From NCBI GenBank assembly GCA_964188305.1, contig OZ076901.1: a stretch of 64,000 nt of DNA; one strand, written 5' to 3'. This DNA is from Podarcis bocagei (taxonomy: Eukaryota). The position numbers and the translations under genes were made by a program. Shown here in pieces: positions 26,595 through 39,264 of this stretch. Every line of letters starts with the position of its first letter. The first letter of the stretch is position 1. The notes under the pieces were generated by a model that made no database searches, had not been told where the DNA came from, and saw only the letters and a list, made by a program, of their open reading frames with translations.

Positions 26595-27025
26595 CATAAT
26601 GGTGTGGAGAAAGTGGGTAGAGAAAATATTTTCTTCTTTCGTAACACTATCCTTTGTGAACATCCAATGAAGCTGAATGTTGGAAGATTCAAGACAGTTA
26701 AAATAAAGTACTTTTTCATGCAACACATAGTTAAAGTTTGGAACTCGCTCCGTCAGGAGGCAGTGGTGGCCACCAACCTAGATGGCTTTCAAAGAGGGTT
26801 AGACAAATAGTAACAGAGGATAATGCTATCAGTGCCTACTAACCATGATGGCTGTGTTCTCCCTCCACTGCCACAAATACCAGAATACATGTGGCGACGG
26901 GGCTGTTGAGTTTGGGTCCTGTTTGTGGACTTCCCATTGTGGCATATGGTTGAGCACTGTGAGAACAGGATGCTAAACTTTGATGGCCCACTGGCCTCAT
27001 CCAGGAGAGCTCTTCTTATGTTCCT
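26595..27025 (+). mobile_element. CR1 LINE 3' fragment (other copies near 1247-1565, 29005-29465, 48155-48460, 62050-62400)
   Basis: HPMKLNVGRFKT..KYFFMQHIVKVWNSL...ATNLDGFQRGLDK is a CR1 ORF2 C-terminus, followed by a 3'UTR shared among the copies. Confidence 0.85.
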
Positions 27026-27559
27026 ACTTTGAAAGAAAAATGGTTTTGAAGCTTGGGTTTTGTGAGAAAACATGAATTTTCATGTGGATCTTTTTTGTTA
27101 TGCTAAGATTATTGTGAAAATGTCATAGAACAGACTTGCAAAATGAACACTTTTGAAATTGACAGAGTACAGAAACAGACTGACACGCCCTCTCCTAGTG
27201 GCAAGCACAGTGCAAGTAATGTACCTACGGTGGCTGTCTCTGGTTATTAACTAACTCTCCTTTTGTCTGTCTGGTGGAGGTTGCTTGATTGGTTGTGGTT
27301 CTTCTCCACCTGAAGTTTGTGCAGTTCTTTTTGGCCTCGCACATAGCACCCCCACCAGATGAGGAGGAGACCTCCTGAGCGCTGGTTTCCTGCCGTGCAG
27401 GAGCACTAACGGTTCATGTGCCAGACACCCACATCACTTCCTCTCCCCGGTATAGGATGAGGCTGCTTCTCCTCTCTCCTTCCTCCCCCCTCCCTTGCCA
27501 AATGTGGCTTCGCCCATGAGAGACTGTAAAAGCCCTGCTTGTTCAAGGCAGAGACCAGG

Positions 27560-27975
27560 GGGCAGCTGGACACCAGCAAGCCAGTTTCTACCACCACCAC
27601 TGCCCCCCTTTCTCCCAGGCCTGCCTCACATTCTTGGCTATTTTTAGGCAGACAGTATCAGCTCAGCTGTCCCTCTGCCTCTGGCCGTTGCGCTTGGGAA
27701 GTGACACTTGGCTTACCTATCGCGTTTCGCTCAGTCTTTTCCAACGGAAGCCCCGCCAGGGCGCCCGCACTGCTGCTGCCTCTCTCACTGGGCCTCCGGC
27801 CTCCCCCAATTTGCGGTAAGGTGGCAACCCTTCTCTTCCTCATTATGTGCCTTGCTTTATGGTGATGAAAATTTGGAAGAGAGGTGGCTGGTGTTTTTAA
27901 GGGGGCGGGCGGGCGGGCTTTACTTTGGCTCTTCCAAATCTACAAAGCAGGCCTCCATTGTTACCCTATTTATAG
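27560..27975 (+). promoter_or_regulatory. Candidate striated-muscle promoter/enhancer with non-coding first exon (~27670-27815)
   Basis: MEF2 consensus CTATTTTTAG (27638-47) and CTATTTATAG (27966-75); E-boxes CAGCTG (27563, 27664); TEAD-like ACATTCT near 27628; GC boxes 27901-18; ATG-free CpG-rich stretch ending GCG|gtaagg at 27815. Confidence 0.5.
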
Positions 27976-29562
27976 TTGCTTCTGAGCAGGGGGCTGGAGG
28001 CCTGCTCTGCTGAGGTTTCCCAGTCATTGATACTGTACTGGAGAGTGACTTGGTTTCTGCCACTCTCTCCCTTTGTCTCCCCCAAAAAATCCCTAGCAAG
28101 TATTCAGTGTGGCAAGTCTGGAGGTGTGAGGGCCCCCCAGGTTTCCCTTATGGCCAGTTCCATTGCTCTATATGTTGTGTGGGGAGTGTGATTTACCGGT
28201 AGTGGTGGGAAAGCTGACCAGCCTGGGAAAGTCTAACCTCAACTCGCTTATAACTTCTAGTAAAGCCTCTAAACTGATTTCGTTTCTTGTTCCCACCCCC
28301 ACCCCCTGCCCCGGTGGGACTCGTCTCTTGCAAAGGCCTGGAGTGACCGTTTGGGTACTTCCCTAGAGGGTCTGTTGTGCTGATTAGGGCTCAGCCTCTG
28401 GCTCCTCTTGAGTGGAAGACGAGACTGAGTGTAGACTGGATGAGGCAGTTACGTCTCAATGCGAGTGTTGTGGTGCCTTTCATGGAGAGTGATTAGTGTG
28501 CCTTGAGCTGCTGTTCGTAGTAATAGACAGAGCTGTGTGCATGCTGCCCTTCCACAATCATGCCCTACGATCCCTCAGTGTGAAATTCTGTAGCCTTGAG
28601 AATTGCAGCTTCCTTTTTAATTGTTTTTTTAAAGGTAGGTTTCTTGCCCTTATGAGTCACTGAGAAAAAGTTGAAAATGGCTGGGCAGAGAGTCTGGTGA
28701 AGTCAGAATGTGGGAGATTCAGTGCTTTACCTTACTTGAGGGCTTATGGAAAGCTTTCCTCCCATCTTTCCATTAACCCCTTGAATGGGTTGTGTTCAAT
28801 GCCAAATGTTAGGGGCGAGGTACGCCAGTGCCTGACTTGTCATCAAGGCCATTTAAGCAAAGGCTGGGTTATTCAGCCAACCAGCCAGCCAGCTGCAGGC
28901 ACCTGACACAGAGTCAGCATCTCAGAATAACTGCTGAGCAAAGGGCTCTCTCTGTCTGGAAGTGAGGTGCAAATGACAGCATGCAGTAGGTGAGAAAAAG
29001 CAAATAAGAGGCAACTTGATCAAAGTGTATGAAATGATGCATGGTACGGAGAATGTGGATAGGGAACAATTTTGTTCTCTCTCTCATAACAGTAGACCTT
29101 GGGGACATCCAAGGAAACTGAATGTTGGAGGATTCAGGATAGACAAAAGAAAGAGCTTACTCACCCTGTGCTTAGTTGAACTATGGAATTCTCTCCCACA
29201 AGATACAATGTTGGCCGCCAACTTGGATGGTTTTAAAAGACACGTTAATGGAGGATAAGGCTATCACGGGGTCCCAACCCTGATGGCTGTGTTTTCCCTC
29301 CACTGTCAGAGGCAGCAGACCTTTGAATGCCCCTTACTGGAAACCACAGGAAGGGAGAGTGGCTGTTGTGCTCAGCTCCTCCTTGCAGGCTTCCCTCTGG
29401 GGCTCCTGACTGGCCACTTTGAGAGCAGGGTGCTCCAGTACATGGGCCACTGAGCTGATCCAGCAGCTTTTTAGAATCTGGAAGGGACCCTGAGGATCAT
29501 CTAGTCCAACTTCCTGCAATGCGGGAATCTCAACCAAAGCATCCATGACAGATGCCCACCTA

Positions 29563-30860
29563 TTTTTTTATATAATAATTTTTATTAATTTTCAGCATAA
29601 ATACACAATTTTTATCCAAATTTTCACAAATTTATCTCATTTGGGACTTCCTTCAGCTTCTCTGACAACCATCCGTATTTATCTCTCAATTACACATTTC
29701 TTGTGTTTAATATTGCCGTTAGTCTTCCCTCCCCCTGCCTATTTCTTTTTAACAATATATCTCAGATTTCACAGTGCTTCTTGAAACCCCACTAGCGTTG
29801 TTTGAACATCACATATACTTTTCAGATATTCCACAAATTTTCCCCAGTCCTCGATGAACTTTTGGTCTCGAAGATATCTAATTTTTCCAGTTAATTTATC
29901 CAGTTCTGCATAATCTGTCAATTTCATTCTCAAATCTTCTATCGTCGGTATTTCTTCTTGTTTCCATTTCTGGGCCAGTAGAATTCTTGCTGCTGTAACT
30001 GCATATTGGAAAAGTTTACGGTCCTTTCTTCTTATTTCATTTCCTGTAATCCCTAAAAGAAAAGCCTCTGGTTTCTTTCCAAATGTATATCTTAACATCT
30101 TTTTCATTTCATTATATATCACCTCCCAGAAACCTTTCACTTTCTTACAATCCCACCACATATGATAAAACGTTCCTTCTTTTTCTTTACATTTCCAACA
30201 CTTATTGCATGTCTTATACATTTTTGCTATAAGGGACGCGGGTGGCGCTGTAGGGACGCGGGTGGCGCTGTGGGCTAAAGCCTCAGCGCCTAGGGCTTGC
30301 CGATCGAAAGGTCGGCGGTTCGAATCCCCGCGGCGGGGTGCGCTCCCGCTGCTCGGTCCCAGCGCCTGCCAACCTAGCAGTTCGAAAGCACCCCCGGGTG
30401 CAAGTAGATAAATAGGTACCGCTTACCAGCGGGAAGGTAAACGGCGTTCCGTGTGCTGCGCTGGCTCGCCAGATGCAGCTTTGTCACGCTGGCCACGTGA
30501 CCCGGAAGTGTCTCCGGACAGCGCTGGCCCCCGGCCAATAGATGTGAGATGGGCGCACAAACCCCAGAGTCTGTCAAGACTGGCCCGTTCGGGCAGGGGT
30601 ACCTTTACCTTTTATATATCACCTCCCAGAAACCTTTCACTTTCTTACAATCCCACCACATATGATAAAACGTTCCTTCTTTTTCTTTACATTTCCAACA
30701 CTTATTGCATGTCTTATACATTTTTGCTAATTTTACTGGTGTGATGTACCATCTATAAAACATTTTCATAACATTTTCCTTTAACGCCGTGCAAGCAGTA
30801 AATTTTAAATTTTGCTTCCATAATTTTCCCCAGTCATCGAATTGTATGTTATAGCCCATA
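29563..30860 (-). mobile_element. 5'-truncated L1-clade LINE (ORF2 C-terminus + 3'UTR + A-rich tail), interrupted by the SINE
   Basis: Minus-strand ORFs 30605-30859 and 29769-30221 with the CWKC..GTFYHMWWDC CCHC motif and AARILLAQKWK, typical of L1 ORF2 ends. Confidence 0.88.
30230..30611 (+). mobile_element. Full-length Sauria (Squam1-type) SINE
   Basis: GGGACGCGGGTGGCGCTGTGGG head, B-box GGTTCGAATCC, GTGCAAGTAGATAAATAGGTACC core, (ACCTTT)n tail; CpGs intact. Confidence 0.93.
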
Positions 30861-33121
30861 AACTCCGCTGAAAAACCTCCAAGGAAGGAGAGTCAGTCGC
30901 CTTCCGAGGAAGTCCGTTGAACAGCTCTTACTGTCAGAAAGTTATTCCTAACTTGAATCCATTGGTTTGTGTCCTACCCTCTGGAGCAGGAGGAAACAAG
31001 TTTTCTTCATCTTCCATGTGACAGCCCTTTTGATATTTGAAGATGGCTATCCTATCTGCTCTCACTCTCCTCTTTTCCAGGCCAAACATCCCCAACTCCC
31101 TCATACTCTTCTTACATTATACGTCAAAGTAAGCACTCCTCCTCCCTGTCTCTGGGTTTCAGGAGCTGGGGGTGATATGCCAGGAGCTGGTTTCCTTGTT
31201 GCTTTTCTGTAGTTCTCACTCTCCTGTGGAGAGGGAATGGCTTCTTTACTTGCAGTGTGATCTGGGCCTTTGTACATGCTAAGCTGGTGGCGGTGGCCTT
31301 TGTTCCTGGGGGCCTTGTCCTGCTCACCGTCCCAAAACCCATTAGTTCGAGCCAGGCCACCCAGTACATTTGCAAGGTGGTGGGGAGAGAAGTCCATAAA
31401 ATGAACTTTAGCACAGGGATTCCTCCATAGCCCAAGCTGCCCCATTGATGGATGGAGAAGCCAAGCCATGCGTCCTCCCAGTGGAATAGAGGAGAGGCTG
31501 TTCCAGCAATTCTCATCTAGTAACTTGACTTGGGAACAGACTGGCTTGTTTGACTGATGTCCTGCTCAGTGCTTGGTCTGCCCAGGGTTAGTTATTTAAT
31601 TGCATTTGATTGTGAACTTCTTCTGAGTGTCTCATATTGAGGCAGAAAGCGGGATATAAATATTTTCTGATTGATTAAATAAACATTGTAAATAGTCTTA
31701 CAAAAGTGACTAGTCTGAATATCATCATTTTTTACTAGATTGCAACCCCCACCCACCCTAGTAGCCTCTGTCTCCACACTGGCCTCAGAGGAGGGGATGT
31801 GTGCCCTACCCATGTTGATAATTCCATTTGTAAAATTATATTATCCCTCGGTGACTGTCCTGGCCTTCTGTGGCAAGGAGTCCATCAGGTATGTGGTATT
31901 GTGAGAGCAGGTTTCCTAAGCCTTGGGCGCTGGTGATGCTGTATAACCAGAGAGTGAGTGATTGTGCCCCATTTGTATCCATCCCTTGCACAAATGTCTT
32001 AGGAGCCTTGGTACCTGTCTGCTAAGCCTTTGGGGCAACTGCAGTGAGAAGATCTCGCTCTTGGCTCCCCTAAGACAGCTTTAGATCTGTAGCAAATCCC
32101 TTCTCCCTTCAGTGAAAAAGGAGATTCAGCGCTGCTGGAGTTGTAGGCTGGGTGGTTTCTGAGACATGGCAGCTTGTGTGAAGGCTGAGGCTGCCACTTC
32201 CTTACATTTACAAGTTTGTGCTTCCCTGTCTGTAATAAAGGAACCCAGGTCACATTGTGTGGGCTCAGCCAGTTGTTTCAATTTTGATCCTGGACTTCCA
32301 GCTCATGAAACAGTTATAGGATCCGCAAAGCTCACCTGTTAAGAGGTTGATATGCTCTCCCTTCTCCTACTGTGCCCCCTTGCAAAGGTTGCAACACCTG
32401 CATGGAGGATTCTGGTTGCACCAGTTGCTCTTAGAGGCACCTGCCTGTGAATCTCAAGCTGCTGTCAAACCTTTTGCAAATGTGATTGGGTTTGCCAAAG
32501 AAGGCTGCCTCTCCTTTAATCGAAAAGGAGAATTAAGACAAGCAGAAAGGAATAACCCACACAGCCTGTATCTTGATGCATTTCAAGTGCTTTTCAGTTA
32601 ACTCAGAAGTCCCTAAGAAGTGACATCTCAAATTATAGCTGGGGACAATACTGGTGATGGGTTAATAATGACAGGTGAAGGGTGGGGGGGGAGGAGCCTT
32701 AATTAAAGGCTGGTTCAGAAAGGAAGGCACAAGGAGCTAAGGCAATGTTGTCAGATCAAGTTTTTCTACACTGGAAGAATGTAGGAGGTCACTGCATTTA
32801 AAAGGGCCTGCGGAAGTCACTATCCCAAGGCTGCAGCCTTGCACTGCCTGTAAAGCAAATGCTTATTTCGGGTGGGGTGGAATTACCTGAAAAATTATTG
32901 AGGGTGAGTATCATTTCATTTGCAGCACCCGAGGTTAAGAGAATGGGAATTTGGAGGCATGATTGCTTAGGAATCCTTTGCCCCAGGTTTCCCCTTGTTG
33001 TGGTTCCTCGGTCTGTCTTGCCTGGGACCCAGAGGGCTCCCCGCCCCCATTCTGCAGACTCTTAACCTCTACCACCTTTTTCTCTCCCAGTCAGGGGTTT
33101 AGGTTCTCCAGCGTGGCAGCC

Positions 33122-33160
33122 ATGGCCTTTTCATCACGATTTGCATTCTGGGAGCAGAAG
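33122..33160 (+). CDS. MYO18A: Putative alternative (gamma/muscle-type) start exon MAFSSRFAFWEQK; exon starts at 33091
   Basis: Branch-like cttaac (33061), polypyrimidine tract, tctctcccag acceptor at 33090 and Kozak GCCATGG. Peptide resembles the recalled MYO18B start MAISSRLALWEQK. Expected donor reads AAG|ggaagt (non-canonical). Confidence 0.7.
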
Positions 33161-34998
33161 GGAAGTCTCTTTGCTATTGTGGTTCTTGGCCTTCCCTGCC
33201 TCCTCTCTCTCCCTCCCCACCCCCTTGCTCTCCTAAAACGGGGCACTTTGCACATGAGTCGTGGCAGCACATTGAAAAGGGGACCAGGTTGTGCTTGTTC
33301 CTGGCATAGGAGGGAGTTGGCTTCGGAGCAGTAGAGGTCATGTTAGAAATGTGGCAGGAATGCCAGTGGTCAGTCCTAGGCCCCCTCTTGGCTTGTGTGA
33401 AGAGCAGACGTCCCTGGGGAGAATCTGTTCTCCTCCTTGCCATTTCTCAGAGACTCCAAATGGACTGAACAAACTGGCAGCCACTCCCTCCAAGCCCTTT
33501 GCATAGCAACTGTGTGGAATAATCTGCCTGTGAAATAACTTGTGTGCTACTAACTCCACTGTATATTGGAGCCTTTGCCAACCCGGTGCCCTTGAGATGT
33601 TTTGGACTACATTGTGCTGGCTGGGGCTGATGGGAGTTGTAGTCCAAAACACCTGCAGGATACCAGTTGGTAGAGGCTGATATGTTGAAAGTACTGTGTG
33701 ATCATAAGTGCTGTTACTGTAAACCTGGGTTTGACCTCAGTGTGGAGCTCTTAATATGATAGTTCGTGCCATCTGTTGACTCATATCTCCACACCTAATT
33801 TATAGCTCTATTTCTGAGCATTTTAAGCTTTCCAAGTGCTTGAGTCTCACAAGGAGTGAGGAGCCCCCAAGAACCCCAGGTTTGCGGTAACAATGTGTGT
33901 CCCCCCCTCCTTCCTTCCTGCCCCATCCTCCCCTTGCACCAATGCATGGCTTGTGTGGTTTGAGAGCCAATGGAACCAGCACCTCCCTGCACACAGTGGT
34001 GTTAAAATGCACTTTTGACTGACAGGTTACTGTGATGTCTTCACAATCCAGGTTTGGAGTAATACGTCATTGTGTCGTTGTGTTACCAACCTATCTACCT
34101 GTTTGGTGGGAGTGTATCACATTGCAGCCTTGCTGCCAGAGTTTCTGTTCCAAGTTTGCTGTTCTGTGTTTGCTGGGCTTCAAGGTTGCTAGATTGGGGA
34201 GTAAGGGTGTGGGTGATGAGAAAGTAGCAAAAATGTGTAATTCTTGTGATGCCAGGTTTCTCTTGATCATGGTGGTTCCCAGTTGCTGTTGCCTCCTCAC
34301 CCTTGAGGCACCCCACCCACCATTGCTCTTGCTTTGATCCTAATGGAATATATGTTGTCATCTTCTATGTCCTGCAGAGATGAACTTTTTACCAACTTCG
34401 GCTGAGTATACACATTCCTGGCTTAAAACATAGCAAGGCTGCTCTTTTTCTCAATTCAGATAAAAGTTGGATGTTTTGGTTTTTTTGAGGGGGCGGAATT
34501 TATTTATTGAAATATTTATATACCACTCTTTCATAAGATATATCGAGGTGGTATGCAACCTGCAGACTACAATAAAACTAGTAAAAGTATTCATTAAAAT
34601 GTAATTGAAAATATTAGTAGATATTTCCTGGTGAAAAAGAGAAAAAGACCCCTGCATCAAAATGTCGTATTTCATAAGAAACCACAGAAGAGATATGAAT
34701 TGTGGGTAAGGTGATGGGTGTCTGCTGCTTCCCAACCCAGTGGTGGGAGTCTACTGGATGTAGAGTTTATGGGAGTCTGTACACAGCCTTTCTCCAGCAT
34801 GGGCTTTCTGCCCAGTCGCAGCTTAACACAAGGTCCGCTGGGAGCATCCTGACGACTTCAGTGCTTGTGAAAAGCTACCATCATACTTGTGATATGGACT
34901 GCCCGGAATGTGCTAGTGAAAAAGTGTGTGTGTGCACGTTTCAACTGATTGTCCTGGCGTGAATGAAATATTTCCTTATCTGTATTTGACTTCCTCAG

Positions 34999-35055
34999 GT
35001 GAAGGATGAAGACAAACCTTTAGCAGCGAAAAAAAACGAGAGAGAGGATGGGGCT
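34999..35055 (+). CDS. MYO18A: Putative gamma-type exon VKDEDKPLAAKKNEREDGA
   Basis: ttgacttcctcag|GTG...GCT|gtaagt; 57 nt, phase 0 to 0; VKDEDK continues the MYO18B-like IREEDK. Confidence 0.72.
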
Positions 35056-38000
35056 GTAAGTCCGTCTGGGTTTGGGCACTGGAGGGGGTGGTGGTATTTG
35101 CTTGGGCTAACTTCTAGGCCAGGACAAGTTTGTGTGTGACGTGGGTCTTGCCCCTCCTTCTTTCTCTTGTGTGCAGTCTCCACGGTGTGTTGTAGGGCCC
35201 ACCATTTTTTTGTGTGGGATCCTAGAGCTATAAGTGTGAGAGGGGGCTGGCAGATAATCTTCACATTTTGTGTTGGGACTAGGGATGGGGAGGAAGGAAT
35301 TCGATTCAGTTCTCATTTAAAGGTGAACTTAACTAAATTTGCCTCATCTGAAACATTACCACAAGTGGAAATGCAGCAATCCTTTGAAATTTGCACGTCT
35401 CTGAATTTTGCAATGAAATTCTCCAGCCAAGGCATGTGTATAAAAATGCTTATGAGAGAGCATAGATTACATACAGACAGACATCATTTTATTTGTATGC
35501 TGCCTTTCAAATCATGCTGAAGGCAGCTTACAACATGAAAAAATATATAATTACAACATTACAAAAGTAGTCACCAACAATAAATAGAACATCAAAAATA
35601 CACAATTGAGCTGAACAATTTTTATATAATCAAAACACAGATACAAAAATTAATATAGCAGCAACAGCCCCCCCAAAAAAGATTAACAACAACAACAACA
35701 AAAACACCACTTACCAAATGCATTTTGTTAGGGGCCTTTGCAAAAATGTTTGTATTAGGCAAAATTAAATATGAACATGTGTATATTGAGAGATGTTTAC
35801 ACTGAAACGCTAATGAATTTCCACGAAGACTTTTAAAAATAAAAAAGCACCTTGCAAACTGTTACGGAAAAGTGGTGAAATGAATTTAAGATTGCGAGAA
35901 AGAGAAACCAAAGCTGACAGATTCTTCCATTCTTAGCTGGGAAGCAAAGCGGGTTGCGCCAACACTGTTGCCAGTATTTTCTTTTATTTTCTTCTGTGGG
36001 CACAGGGATTTTTTTGGGTGGGGTGGTGGGGTAGGAAAGAGTTGCAGAGAAAGAGAAACATGCACATGCGTGGTGAAAAACCGTGCCCATGTGGCATGTG
36101 GAGTGTAAAAGGTGAGTCCTGGGTCTGATAAGCACTGTGAAGATCAGCAGATTTTCAGTCCTATTTATTTTTATTTCATAAAACTTGTATACTGCTCGAT
36201 GGTAGGAAAAACCTCAAAGCAGTAGTGCTAGCCATGGGGCAGAACGACACTTCCTCTGAGCCCATGGGATGTAGAAAGCAAGTGACTCGTCCAGGTTCCT
36301 GCCTGGCCTTGTTGTTGATGCTGACGAGAGACCCCTAATGGAGCCCATTTCCAAAGCCACCATCCCTACCTCTCTCTGCCTCCCCTGTGCCCAATCATAT
36401 ACACTTCGGGTGGTGGGACCTGCCAGTTCCCAGAGAACCACTCCCCTGTGTGCGCTTTAAGCTGGGTCTTTGTTAGGCTGATCATTTGGTGCGGCTTGAA
36501 AGCTATCGCTGTGGGAAGGTGCCCCCTGCACAGCTCTGGCCTAGTTCTAGGATAATGGATGGTGGCAGGGACAAAGAAGGAGGGATCCTTCTGTAGCCAT
36601 CAGGGCTGGAAACCTCCCCCTCTGGGACAGGCTTGTAGATGGTCTCAGGCCCTTTAGGCTCCTCTCCCACCCCCAGCTTTTTCCAGACTTTTTATTCCTT
36701 GAGCTGCCCCCCCCCCCGCAGCTCTTCTTTTGGTGGTGGCTGGGTTTCTCCTGATTTGTGTTATTAATTTAACAGCTCCCTCAATGCACATTTTGGTTGG
36801 GCCTCAGTTTTAAACAACTGTGATTATTTGGTGCCCAGAGCATCTCTGCTATCCTGTTTGTAGCTGAGTGCCTCTGCCGAGAGAAACCCCTGTTTAAACA
36901 CTCTGCTACTGGTGAAGTTCATTAGTTTGTGTTTCATTTGCACCCTGCTTTTCCTCCCAAGGAAGCCAGGGTAGTACATGGGTCTCCCCCATTCACACAT
37001 TTTGTGCTCGCAACAGCCACCCTGTGAGCTTTGTGGCTGAATTAGAGATTTGAACTTAATTTTTCCTGGTCCTAGGATGAGCCCTTTGGTTGCTTGTCAG
37101 CCTGCTCTTATCTTATCAGGTATGTGGTGGTGTCTCAGCCCAGGGTACTGGTAGGGGGGAATAGAACAACAGAGTCATAGAATTGTAGAACCGGAAGGGA
37201 TCCCGAGGGTCATCTAGTCCAACCCCCTGCAATGTAGGAATCACAACTAAAGAATCCCTGACATATGTGCCACCAATATTTGGCCTTGAATAGCTAGGAG
37301 AAATGTGAGTGGGTGGGCAGAAGTATCTCAGACCCTCTCTCGTCTAGACCTCCAAAACGTTTGTGAGCCCCCCAGTTCAAACCATTGGAAATGGTTTCAG
37401 GAGCTTATCTGTTTTGATCCATATTCAGGGCTCTGAATATATGAAGAGCCACAGAAAGGTCACAGCTCAATGGTAGAGCAACTGCCTTGCACACGGAAGG
37501 TCCCAAGTTCAATCCCAGGCATCTTCAGGTAGGAGCGCCGGCTGCCTGAAAGTTCTAAATAATAATAATAATAAATACATTTTATTTATGCCCCACCCTC
37601 CCCAGCCAAGACCGAGCTCAGGGTGGCTAACACCAAGTATAAAAACAATTGATTAAAATACAACTTAAAAACAAGATTAAAATACAACATTAAAATGCAG
37701 CCTCATTTCAGTAGAAACTCAAATCAAATCAAATCAAAGAGATCTGCTGCCAGTCAGTGTATACAATACTGAGCTAGATGGACCAATCATTTGGCATGGT
37801 ATAAGGCAGCTTCATACATTCCTAATATGCTCCTGTTCTGCTTGTTAAGAGCATTGGCATTGTTGTTTTTTGTTTTAATATATTAAAGGTACAGAACTTA
37901 AATTACAGAGTGTTTGGTGTGGGGGAGAGAGCAAACCCTTTTGTGATGGCCCCCTTAGCTGCCATCTATAAAAGGCTAACAGGAAGAAACAGTTTGCTTA

Positions 38001-39033
38001 ACTTGCACGTTTTGCACAGGTCGTGGCACTTAGCTTTGCAGAATTTGGGTTACCATTGATATAGAATTTTGCGGAGTCCTGCTCGTAGCCTCTTTACCTC
38101 AGGTCTTTCTCTGCCCTGGTCAATAACCTCTTCTCATTTCAGTGTTCAAAAGTGGCACCTTTCTTGCCGAGCCATGGCTCAGAAGGCGAGCTGGAACTTT
38201 TTAATGGCGGCAGCACCCCTGCTTCCACTCTCCCCAGCAAGCCTTTTGCTGTAGCGGTTGAAGCTTCTCCTGGCCTTGGGCCATCCATCCTGGGTCTAGT
38301 GCCCAGTGGCCATTAGCTATGCTGCCTGCCGCCTCCTCTTCCTTTAGCTGCTCCTGAAGACAGACCCAGAAGCTTCCCCTTGCTCAGCTGCCCTGCTTTC
38401 CTCCTTTGTTCTAAAGCAAGGAGCCAGCTGCTCGGCTTTGCCTACTGGTGTCTTCCCTCTCCCTCTTTCTCTTCATCCTGTACCCTGGCAGCCTTCCCCT
38501 TCTGCTGCAGCTTTCCTTTCTCATCTTGGGGCTGCTGAGTGTTGCCTTCGCCCCCTCGGCAGAGGCCAGAAGCTCGTCCAAGAACGACAAGACCCGCTCT
38601 GTTCCGGAGAGTACAGAATTGATGCAGTGGCTGCTTTTTGGCTTGAAAGAAATCTCTTTAAGGAAGGGCATCTGGAGGGGAACAGCCTTGACTGGCGCCT
38701 TCCCTGCTGCTTTTTAAAAAAATGCCACCCTTTTCCTGACCCACTTCTCTTTTTAGGCTGGGGCCTGAAGGGTAGGGTTTCCCCTCCCCCCAACCCCCAA
38801 GGTGAGTTTATCCTGGGAAGCTGATTCCTTGTACTTTTGTTTCCATCCAGTCTCACTGCAGAGCTTTGGTCTGTGCTGCCGCTACACTGTGGGTTGAGAT
38901 GAGTCTGCAAAGTCTTGGCTGTGTGGATGGATACTTTACGAAAAGGACTTGTGGGCAGAGGGCTTTGCAGGGATGTGGGAGGGGGGAATCAGTTATTTTC
39001 TCATTCCCTTTGGAAGTAACCTTTCCTCTAGAA

Positions 39034-39264
39034 CAGGGTTTCCCAAACTTGGGTCACCAGCTGTTTTTGGACCACAAGTCCCATCACCCTTAGCTAGCAG
39101 CGCCAGTGGCATAGCTGTCAATGTTTCCCTTTTTTTAAGGGAAATTCCCTTATTCCGAATAGGATTCCTCGCAAGAAAAGGGAAAAGTTGACTGCTATCA
39201 GTGGTCAGGGATGATGGGGATTGTAGTCCAAAACCAACTGGAGACCAAAGTTTGGGAAACCTTG
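39034..39264. mobile_element. hAT MITE with a nested ~88-bp inverted-repeat element (39111-39198)
   Basis: TIRs CAGGGTTTCCCAAACTT / AAGTTTGGGAAACCTTG; 8-bp TSD CTCTAGAA. Confidence 0.88.

Noticed and set aside
36060-36117. Strong donor AAG|gtgagt near 36111
   Set aside because: The phase-0 frame has TAA just before the donor and there is no clear acceptor; cannot support a coding exon.
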